Shown here piece after piece: positions 16,414-23,872 of a DNA stretch of 32,000 nucleotides. The DNA is from Desulfobulbus propionicus DSM 2032 (GTDB taxonomy: Bacteria > Desulfobacterota > Desulfobulbia > Desulfobulbales > Desulfobulbaceae), in the NCBI RefSeq assembly GCF_000186885.1, contig NC_014972.1, positions 480,001 to 512,000 on the forward strand. Reading direction: 5' to 3'. The notes beneath the pieces are model-generated. The model saw only the letters and a program-made list of their open reading frames with translations, was not told where the DNA came from and ran no database searches. The translations under genes and the position numbers were made by a program. Each line of letters opens with the position of its first letter. Position 1 is the first letter of the stretch.

Positions 16414-18862
16414 TTTTGAGCGAGTCAACAGCGCGGCTCTCTCCCATATGGAAAGTTTGTTGCCGGAATTATTACCGGGCGGGCGGATCAGTGGCCGTGA
16501 ATATCAATGCGGAGACGTGACCGGCGGTCCTGGTCGATCCATGAGCGTGAATATCGAGACGGGAAAATGGTCTGATTTTGCTGATACCGTCAAAGGTGGC
16601 GACCCGATTTCCCTTGTGGCGGCTGTCCACGGTTGCGAGCAAGGAGAAGCTGCGCGGTGGTTGGAAAGTTGGCTGGGAATTGATACCGGCAACCCCACTT
16701 CACGCAAAGAGTTTGAGGCTATGAAGGCGGAAGCGGCCAAGCGGCGGAATGATCGGGAGGCCAAAGAGCGCCAGGGGCAGCAGCAGGCGGCGGCCAAGGC
16801 AAGGAAACGATGGGAGGCGGCCCCGCCGGCGAACCCTGCCCACCCGCACCTTGCCAAAAAGAACATCAATCCCCACGGCACCCGCCAGGAAGGCGACAAG
16901 CTGCTTGTGCCTATGCGGGATGAATTCGGTGGGATATGGGCACTGCAAACCATCGGCCCTGATGGCGGCAAGCTGTTTTCCCCGGCTGGCTGTCGGACCA
17001 AGGGCCTGTATTTTTCCATTGGCGACAAACCCCAGCCGGGCGCACCGGTCTGTATCGTGGAAGGTTTCGCCACCGGCGCCGCGATCCATGAAGCCACCGG
17101 CCACCCGGTAGCCTGCGCGATGACCGCCGGGAACCTGGAAGCAGTTGCCCGAATCGTCAAGGACAAGCTACCGGGCCACCCGGTTGTTGTCTGTGGCGAT
17201 GATGACCGGAGGGACGGCACCGACAAGAACCCCGGTATCGAAGCGGCCACCAAGGCGGCCTTGGCTGTCGGCGGCCTGCTGGCCCTTCCAGGCATGGACA
17301 TAAAAAGCGATTTTTGGGACTTGCTCAACGAGCGCGGCGCGGATGCGGTGCGGGCAGCGGTAGAGAAGGCGGTACCAGCGGAGAATCAGCACGGCGGCCA
17401 GGGTGAAGCCCCGGCAGAGGATCAGGAGCGCGGACAAGAGGTAGGTGTTGACCCGGCGGCTATGGTTCAACTATTGGCGGGGTTGTCCCCTGTTGAATAC
17501 GAACTGAAACGGAAGGCGGCGGCTGAAGCCTTGGGAATCCGAGCCACTGCCCTTGACCGTGCCGTCAAGGAGGCCAAGAAAGGCCAAGGGGAAAACGATC
17601 TGCCCTTTGACGAATCAGACCCGTGGCCCGTACCGGTCAACCCGAATCACCTCTTGGCTGATATTACGGGCACCATTCAGCGGTTCATCGTCTGTTCAAA
17701 AGAGGTGGCCCACACTGTAGTCCTATGGTCTGCGATGACGTGGTTCATGGATGTGGTGCAGGTTGCCCCCTTGGCGGTCATTACCGCACCTGAAAAGCGG
17801 TGTGGCAAATCTCAGTTGTTGTTCCTGCTGGGGAGGTTGTCCGCAAGGTCGATCACTGCCAGCAGCATTTCACCGGCGGCCCTGTACCGTGCCATTGACG
17901 CATGGAGCCCCACTCTGCTGATTGACGAAGCGGACGCCTTCATGAAGGACAACGAGGAACTGCGCGGGATCATCAACAGCGGCCACACCAGGGACTCGGC
18001 CTATGTTATCCGCACTGTTGGCGACACCTTCACCCCGACCAAATTCAACACCTGGGGAGCGAAGGCCATTGCTGGTATCGGTCACATTGCCGACACGCTG
18101 ATGGACCGGGCGGTTATTCTGGAACTGCGGCGCAAACTTCCCCATGAATCCGTTGACCGGCTACGGTATGCGGAGCCTAACCTATTCCACAACCTGCGGT
18201 CAAGGCTGGCCCGGTTTGCTGAGGATTACAGCGAGAAGGTGCGCCAGGCCCGGCCGCCATTACCGGCAAGCCTGAACGACCGGGCACAAGACAATTGGGA
18301 ACCCCTGCTGGCAATCGCCATGGTTGCGGGTGGTCAATGGTTGGAGATCGGCACATCGGCAGCCTTGAAACTATCCGGCACCGAAAGCGCGGCGCAGACA
18401 ATCGGCACGGAGCTATTGGCCGACATTCAAGAGATATTCGAGGCCAGGGACACGGACAGAATCAGCACGGCGGACCTTATCAAAGCCCTATGCGAAGATG
18501 ACGAAAAGGTGTGGTCAACATACAACCGGGGGAACCCTATCAAGCCCCGGCAGCTTGCCAACAAGCTGAAAGGTTACGGCATCAGCAGCAACACGATCAG
18601 ACTCGGGATAACCACCCCCAAGGGGTTCATGCGGGATCAGTTTTCAGAAGCCTTTTCACGCTACTTGACCCCTCCCCCCCTTCCAAGCGCAACACCGCCA
18701 CAACCCTTGACTGATGGGCGTTTACCTGTTGCGGATGCAAAGCAACGTTGCGGAAACGTTGCGGATAAAAACAATGACAAGTTGTTGTTTAATCGTAATT
18801 GTTGCGGTGTTGCGGATAGAAACCCCCTCCCGAAAGATAACAAGGTTGAGGTGGAGATATGA
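16406..18862 (+). CDS. Toprim primase + DUF3631 helicase-like replication protein
   Basis: 818 aa; KWSDFADTVKGGDPISLVA, Toprim VCIVEGFATGAAIHEATG...VVCGDDD, ATPase AITAPEKRCGKSQLL...LLIDEAD, DUF3631-like C-terminus. Confidence 0.9.
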   Translation: MIDFERVNSAALSHMESLLPELLPGGRISGREYQCGDVTGGPGRSMSVNIETGKWSDFADTVKGGDPISLVAAVHGCEQGEAARWLESWLGIDTGNPTSRKEFEAMKAEAAKRRNDREAKERQGQQQAAAKARKRWEAAPPANPAHPHLAKKNINPHGTRQEGDKLLVPMRDEFGGIWALQTIGPDGGKLFSPAGCRTKGLYFSIGDKPQPGAPVCIVEGFATGAAIHEATGHPVACAMTAGNLEAVARIVKDKLPGHPVVVCGDDDRRDGTDKNPGIEAATKAALAVGGLLALPGMDIKSDFWDLLNERGADAVRAAVEKAVPAENQHGGQGEAPAEDQERGQEVGVDPAAMVQLLAGLSPVEYELKRKAAAEALGIRATALDRAVKEAKKGQGENDLPFDESDPWPVPVNPNHLLADITGTIQRFIVCSKEVAHTVVLWSAMTWFMDVVQVAPLAVITAPEKRCGKSQLLFLLGRLSARSITASSISPAALYRAIDAWSPTLLIDEADAFMKDNEELRGIINSGHTRDSAYVIRTVGDTFTPTKFNTWGAKAIAGIGHIADTLMDRAVILELRRKLPHESVDRLRYAEPNLFHNLRSRLARFAEDYSEKVRQARPPLPASLNDRAQDNWEPLLAIAMVAGGQWLEIGTSAALKLSGTESAAQTIGTELLADIQEIFEARDTDRISTADLIKALCEDDEKVWSTYNRGNPIKPRQLANKLKGYGISSNTIRLGITTPKGFMRDQFSEAFSRYLTPPPLPSATPPQPLTDGRLPVADAKQRCGNVADKNNDKLLFNRNCCGVADRNPLPKDNKVEVEI

Positions 18863-19212
18863 ACGCACGGGCGATTATCGAGGCGGCAGTCACTGATGGT
18901 CTGGTTGTCAATCTATCCCCCACCGGATCACTCAAGGCGATCGGTGAACAGGAAGCGGTTAATCGTTGGCGGCCACTCCTGAAGCAGCACAAGACGGAAA
19001 TCATCAACCTGTTGAGCGGAAAACCGTCTGGAGAAATGCAGGCCACCCGGCCCACCCTGCCGAACTGGTGCAACGCCAGGTGCGACCATTACCACCGGTT
19101 AGATGTGCCGGACGTGGGAACGATGCAATGGTGTTGCTGGGAGACTGATGAACGACATTGGCGGCGGGATCGGATCGACACAATGAGCAGGTGCCCGGAG
19201 AAAGAGAAGTGA
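18859..19212 (+). CDS. small protein with TubC N-terminal docking-domain-like segment
   Basis: ARAIIEAAVTDGLVVNLSPTGSLKAIGEQEAVNRWRPLLKQHKTEIINLLSG resembles TubC_N; ATG overlaps the primase stop (ATGA). Confidence 0.65.
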   Translation: MNARAIIEAAVTDGLVVNLSPTGSLKAIGEQEAVNRWRPLLKQHKTEIINLLSGKPSGEMQATRPTLPNWCNARCDHYHRLDVPDVGTMQWCCWETDERHWRRDRIDTMSRCPEKEK

Positions 19213-19382
19213 ACCCGGTCGAACTCGACAAGCGTCTCTCTGTTTTAGCCGTCCACCTGAAACGCCAGGGCGGCCAAGCATGGGTAACTACCGGCAAGTC
19301 GTGGCAGCACTACAAGATTGTCGATCTGGTGGAGGCCGTCGAAGAGGCACAAAAACGGATCATGAAAGAGGTGAAGAAATGA
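19209..19382 (+). CDS. small hypothetical protein
   Basis: VNPVELDKRLSVLAVHLKRQGGQAWVTTGKSWQHYKIVDLVEAVEEAQKRIMKEVKK; GTG overlaps the upstream stop (GTGA). Confidence 0.55.
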   Translation: MNPVELDKRLSVLAVHLKRQGGQAWVTTGKSWQHYKIVDLVEAVEEAQKRIMKEVKK

Positions 19383-19549
19383 GAAAGAAAAAGCAGCAGA
19401 TACCAGCGGCAACAGTGCCCCATGTCGAGGCCCTGCGGGAAGTTGTAACGGAACAGCGGCATGGGTGGAGCAGGGAGGAGCGAAAAGCGCTATTTGATGC
19501 AATTCGGCCACTTCTGGCTATTATCTTGAGAGTTGAGGTTTCACAATGA
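19379..19549 (+). CDS. small hypothetical protein
   Basis: MRKKKQQIPAATVPHVEALREVVTEQRHGWSREERKALFDAIRPLLAIILRVEVSQ; ATG overlaps the upstream stop (ATGA). Confidence 0.5.
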   Translation: MRKKKQQIPAATVPHVEALREVVTEQRHGWSREERKALFDAIRPLLAIILRVEVSQ

Positions 19550-19654
19550 GCCCTGGAAGGTGGACACTGTTTCAACAGAATAACGAGGTGGTGGGCGCGA
19601 AATTGAACAGCCTGTGGTGGTTGTTCCATTTCCCCTCCATAAAAAGGTGACGCC

Positions 19655-19858
19655 ATGAAATACACATTTGAAGAACTACTTGCCCGTCGATACTGCGGCG
19701 CAAAGACCAGGAAGGGCACACCGTGCAAGCGGTTGGATATTTACGAGAATGGCCGTTGCCCTTTGCATGGCGGCCTATCCACCGGCCCGACCACCGAAGA
19801 GGGCAAGCGATGTGCCGCGCTCAATGGGAATTGTCCCAAAAAGAAGCGGAGCCCCTGA
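19655..19858 (+). CDS. HGGxSTG-motif small protein
   Basis: RRYCGAKTRKGTPCKRLDIYENGRCPLHGGLSTGPTTEEGKRCAALNGNCPKKKRSP; this Cys/HGGxSTG pattern is common in small prophage/island proteins. Confidence 0.75.
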   Translation: MKYTFEELLARRYCGAKTRKGTPCKRLDIYENGRCPLHGGLSTGPTTEEGKRCAALNGNCPKKKRSP

Positions 19859-20039
19859 GATGTTGGGAAATGTTAAGGTTGGTGGAGAACCAAACCCCAT
19901 GGGAACTAGAGAAAACCTGAGCCTGAAAAAGCGGAGTCCATGGGTGGTCACGAAAAGTAACGTTCTGCCTGTTTATCCCCCTGACCGGATCACCGGCAGG
20001 GGATTTTTTTTGCCCTGTGGCGGCCATGATTTTTTTCAA

Positions 20040-20060
20040 AGGTAGCACCGAGGTAGCACC
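20040..20060. promoter_or_regulatory. integrase arm-type-like sites, right end
   Basis: AGGTAGCACCGAGGTAGCACC; shares 20 bp with 13430-13449 at the left end. Confidence 0.55.
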
Positions 20061-20070
20061 AAAAAAAAAA

Positions 20071-20096
20071 GGGTTTAGAGAATGAACTCTAAACCC
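20071..20096 (-). terminator. Rho-independent terminator carried by the element, downstream of the tRNA-Arg
   Basis: GGGTTTAGAG-AATGAA-CTCTAAACCC, 10-bp stem, preceded on + by an A10 run (U-tract for minus-strand transcripts). Confidence 0.85.
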
Positions 20097-20105
20097 TTGA
20101 TTTTC

Positions 20106-20182
20106 TGGCGCGCCTGGAGAGATTCGAACTCCCGACCTACGGATTCGTAGTCCGGCGCTCTATCCAGCTGAGCTACAGGCGC
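20106..20182 (-). tRNA. tRNA-Arg (anticodon ACG)
   Basis: GCGCCTGTAGCTCAGCTGGATAGAGCGCCGGACTACGAATCCGTAGGTCGGGAGTTCGAATCTCTCCAGGCGCGCCA; 77 nt, complete cloverleaf including CCA. Confidence 0.97.
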
Positions 20183-20286
20183 AAAACGGTTTCCTCATAT
20201 ACTCTGAACCGGGGAGATATTCAAGCACTTTCTTTCATTGTGTTGCTTGAACGCCCGCTTGGCTATGTTCTGGCCGTGGCCGAGCG

Positions 20287-22539
20287 TCAGCGCCCACCCT
20301 CGGCTTCGAGGTAGTCGATCTGATGTTCCGATGGTTTCATCTCCACCCTGGGGATGATATCGATCCGTGCCCGGTGCTTGGCCTCCAGCTCGGCCAGTTC
20401 CGCTCGTTTTTTGTTGAGCAGGTACTGGGCCACATCAAGGGGAAAACGGCATTCGACCCGGCCCACCTTCTTGCGGGTGATGCCAGTCTGGATGCGGCGG
20501 AGATAGTAGAGGGCCAGGGTTTCCACCGAGCGTACCGTGCCTCGGCCCTGGCAATACTCGCAGGTCCGGTAGCTGCCCTTCTCGATGGGCGCGCCCATTT
20601 TCTGCCGAGAAATTTGCATCAGGCCAAAGCGCGAGATTTTGCTGATGTCGACCTTGGCTTTGTCGCGCTTCATGCTCATCTTCACCTGGCGCTCGACCTC
20701 GCGGATATGCTTTTTATTGCGCATGTCGATGAAGTCGACCACGATTAGGCCGCCCAGGTCGCGCAGTCTGAGCTGTCGAGCCAGCTCCGCGGCCGCCTCC
20801 ATGTTGGCGAGGAAGATTGTCTCGTCAAAATCCGAGTTTTTCGAGGTTCGACCGGAGTTGACGTCGATGGCCACCAGGGCCTCGGTGGGATTGATCACGA
20901 TTGAGCCACCCGAGGGCAGGGGCACCTGCGGCTTGAAGATCGACTCGATCTGCTCCTCGATATTGTACTGGTTGAAGATGGGCTTGGCGCTGCGATGCAG
21001 CCGCACCTTAACCTGGCGCTGCTTGGCCGGCAGCTGCTCGATGAAAGCGTTGACATTATCGAGCGACTCCTCGGTGTCGACCAGAATTTCCTTGATCTCG
21101 GGAAAGAAATGATCGCGGAGGAAGCGGACAACCGTGTCCTGTTCCTCGTAGACTAAGGCCGGTGCATCCATGGTCTGGCCACGTTTCTTGATTTCTTCCC
21201 ACAGTTCGAGCAGGGTGTTGAGATCCTTTTCGAGTATGGCCTTGGTGGTCTCGGCGCTGGCCGTGCGGATGATGTAGCCGATGCCCTCGGGAATCTCGAA
21301 CTCACTCATGATCTCACGCAGGTTGGTCCGCCGTTCCTCGCCGACGATCTTGCGCGAGATGCCGGCGCTGTCGCTGCCAGGCATGAGCACCAGGCAGCGG
21401 CCGGGCAGGGAAAGGTAGGTGGTCATGTTGGCGCCCTTGTTGCCGGTCACCTCCTTCACAACTTGGACCAGCACTTCCTGGCCTTTCTGCATCACTTCCT
21501 CGATCTTCAGCTTTTTCCACTGGTGCTGGGCGATCAGGTTGCGGCAGCGTTCGTTGACATCCTGGCGGTAGTATTCGGGGTGGATTTCGTTGAAGGGCAA
21601 AAAGCCGTTGCGGCCGGTGCCGATGTCGACAAAGGCGGCCTGCAGGTTGGCCTCGATGGACACAATCCGGCCTTTGTAGATGTTGTTCTTGGTCGGTTCG
21701 CGATCGATGGTGGTGACATGGAAGGATTCCAGCCGGCCGTCTTCCACCAGGGCGATGCGACACTCTTCCGGTTCCTCGGCATTGATCAGTAGTTTGTAGG
21801 TGGCAGCCTTTTGCGGAATTTCAGATTCTTCGTCCTCGACCCGGTCTGTCTCCTCGTCCTCATCGCGGTCCGGTTCGATCATGGGGGCGATGGCACTGTC
21901 CGTTTCCTCGGCACTTGGTGCGTCCTCGCCAGGGGCTGCTTCCGCCTGTTTGCCGCGCTTCCTCCCGCCTCGACGTGGCCGCCTTTTTTTGGGCAGGGCC
22001 GCTTCCTCGCCGGGTTCGCCGTCGTCCGACGGTTCCAAGGCCGGACCCTGTTCTTCGGAGGCCGCGCTGTCCGCAGCGGCGGCAACCGGTTGGGAGACGT
22101 TCTCGACCGTCTCCGTGGAGGCCGATTCGGCCGGTTCGGTCACCGATGCTGCCGAGACGACCGGGGCAGGCGGGGAATCGGGTTCGATCACGACCGGCTC
22201 GGCCTCCTCCGATGGCGCGACAACCGAAGAGGGCGCGGCCGCGAGGGCGTCGCCGGCCGGAGGAGTTTCCGAGGGTGATTCAAGGGCAGGGGGCAGGGTG
22301 GATGCGATCTGCCCCTCGGCGTCGGATCGTGACGATGGGAGAGGAAGGACCATCTGGTCAGGCTGCGCTTCGGCAGGCTCCAGGGAAGCAGCGTCTGACG
22401 GAGCAACCATCTTGACGCTTTCCTTGGATGCGGCGCGGGGCACGCTTTTCCACCAGGCGCCGGTTTTCGCCTTGCGCGCTGGTGGGGCTTTTTCTCTTCT
22501 TTCTTTTTCGTCTTTTTCGTTGGGATCGTTTGCTGTCAT
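20287..22539 (-). CDS. rne: ribonuclease E/G family protein with long N-terminal extension
   Basis: TYKLLINAEEPEECRIALVEDGRLESFHV...NIYKGRIVSIEANLQAAFVDIGTGRNGFLP; VAIDVNSGRTSKNSDFDETIFLANMEAAAELARQLRLRDLGGLIVVDFIDM; zinc-link CEYCQGRG. ATG 22539 with AGGAAA upstream. Confidence 0.92.
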   Translation of the reverse strand: MTANDPNEKDEKERREKAPPARKAKTGAWWKSVPRAASKESVKMVAPSDAASLEPAEAQPDQMVLPLPSSRSDAEGQIASTLPPALESPSETPPAGDALAAAPSSVVAPSEEAEPVVIEPDSPPAPVVSAASVTEPAESASTETVENVSQPVAAAADSAASEEQGPALEPSDDGEPGEEAALPKKRRPRRGGRKRGKQAEAAPGEDAPSAEETDSAIAPMIEPDRDEDEETDRVEDEESEIPQKAATYKLLINAEEPEECRIALVEDGRLESFHVTTIDREPTKNNIYKGRIVSIEANLQAAFVDIGTGRNGFLPFNEIHPEYYRQDVNERCRNLIAQHQWKKLKIEEVMQKGQEVLVQVVKEVTGNKGANMTTYLSLPGRCLVLMPGSDSAGISRKIVGEERRTNLREIMSEFEIPEGIGYIIRTASAETTKAILEKDLNTLLELWEEIKKRGQTMDAPALVYEEQDTVVRFLRDHFFPEIKEILVDTEESLDNVNAFIEQLPAKQRQVKVRLHRSAKPIFNQYNIEEQIESIFKPQVPLPSGGSIVINPTEALVAIDVNSGRTSKNSDFDETIFLANMEAAAELARQLRLRDLGGLIVVDFIDMRNKKHIREVERQVKMSMKRDKAKVDISKISRFGLMQISRQKMGAPIEKGSYRTCEYCQGRGTVRSVETLALYYLRRIQTGITRKKVGRVECRFPLDVAQYLLNKKRAELAELEAKHRARIDIIPRVEMKPSEHQIDYLEAEGGR

Positions 22540-22628
22540 TCGTTTCCTGTGGGTAATTTTTTCAGGCAACGTCCTCTACTCCAAGCAGGAGCGTGCCCCT
22601 TGCAAAGGAGTCGCGCCTGGCTGCCGCC

Positions 22629-23627
22629 TCATCGGGCATGCTGATAAAAGCGCTTGTCGCCGTGATCCTGCCACTGCAGGATACCAGAAAGTATCAGCGG
22701 TTCAAGGAGTTGCTCAACTTTATCCGGACCGCCGAGATGGAAGGTCCGGTCTATGTCAGCAGCGGTGCAAGGCCGCCGTTGGACCATTTCTACAATTTCC
22801 TGCACCAGTGCCTCCGGAGATGTTCCATCGGCAGCCGGCGTGGGGAGCGGTTCGTCCGTCTGCACCTGTAGCGGCGCAGTCCCTTCCGCTTCCGCGACAA
22901 AGGGCAGGTCAACCGGCAGGGCAAGGGCTTGGTGCAGGGCGCGGGCAACGGTGGTCAAACGCTCGCTGGACACAGGCAGGGCGAATTGTTCCGCGGGCGG
23001 CCGGACGACCGTGTTGAGTTGGATGCGATCAATGCGCATTGGCCGGAGCGCTTCAATCAGGGCCTCGATATCCTCGGGCCGGTCATTGACGCCGCGCACC
23101 AGCAAGATTTCCAGCCAGAGTTTGCCCGGGTAGGCGTGGGAGAAACTCGTCAATCCTGCGATGACCGCATCCAGAGCGAGGCCGTCGATTGGCCGGTCAA
23201 CGCGGCGAAAGCTGTCCTCGCGCGCCGCGTCAAGCGAGGGAATAACCAAATCCGCAGCCATCAGGTCCCGTTGCACCTCCGGATCCGTGAGGGTTGTTCC
23301 GTTGGTCAGCACAGCCACCGGTTTAGTCGTTTTCTGCTTGATGTGGCGCAGGATGCCCCCGAGACCGCGTTCCAGGGTCGGTTCGCCCTTGGCGGTGACG
23401 GTCAGTACATCCACCTCGGCCATCCTTCGGCTGTCCGCGCACACTGCATCGATCTCGGCGGCAATTCCGGCCGGGTCGGCGTAGGTGCCGCGCTGGCCGA
23501 CAGGAACGGCGGTTTTGCCCACCTCACAGTAGATACAGTTGAGATTGCAGATTTTACTCGGAAAAAGATCGATGCCGAGGGAGCGGCCAAGTCGCCGGGA
23601 ATTCACCGGGCCGAAGATACATTTCAT
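22629..23627 (-). CDS. radical SAM protein
   Basis: 332 aa; CNLNCIYCEVG 4Fe-4S cluster motif; VTAKGEPTLERGLG; TNGTTLTD. Confidence 0.9.
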   Translation of the reverse strand: MKCIFGPVNSRRLGRSLGIDLFPSKICNLNCIYCEVGKTAVPVGQRGTYADPAGIAAEIDAVCADSRRMAEVDVLTVTAKGEPTLERGLGGILRHIKQKTTKPVAVLTNGTTLTDPEVQRDLMAADLVIPSLDAAREDSFRRVDRPIDGLALDAVIAGLTSFSHAYPGKLWLEILLVRGVNDRPEDIEALIEALRPMRIDRIQLNTVVRPPAEQFALPVSSERLTTVARALHQALALPVDLPFVAEAEGTAPLQVQTDEPLPTPAADGTSPEALVQEIVEMVQRRPCTAADIDRTFHLGGPDKVEQLLEPLILSGILQWQDHGDKRFYQHAR

Positions 23628-23872
23628 GCAGCGCTGTGCGTGTTGATGCCGCTGTGAAAGGCATGGATAAGGGGATGATGCAAGCCTTGGAAAATCAAGT
23701 CATTAGACCCGATAGTGACAGCGGATACTTAAACCAATTTCCACGGTGACGCAAGGCAAATCTACGACTTTTCGCTTGACACAAATCTGGCGGACACGTA
23801 CATTCGGCCCTGTTATCAGTGATTATTGTTGTTTCATTTCTTTAATCGCTCCAACCAGTTGAGGTCTACCAA

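Larger units (their letters stand above)
13266..20152. mobile_element. tRNA-Arg-integrated satellite-like integrative element, repeat-to-repeat unit 6840 bp
   Basis: 47-bp perfect direct repeat (tRNA-Arg 3' end) at 13266-13312 and 20106-20152; tyrosine integrase directly inside the left end; primase, AlpA-like and small ORFs; no backbone-type genes inside. Confidence 0.93.

Noticed and set aside
18714-18896. 60-aa ORF (MGVYLLRMQSNVAETLR...)
   Set aside because: Out-of-frame overlap with the end of the primase and start of the TubC_N-like gene; the ATGA junction explains the region.
21800-23017. 405-aa plus-strand ORF
   Set aside because: Antisense to the disordered N-terminus of RNase E and the 3' end of the radical SAM gene; Ser/Gly/Ala-rich artefact.
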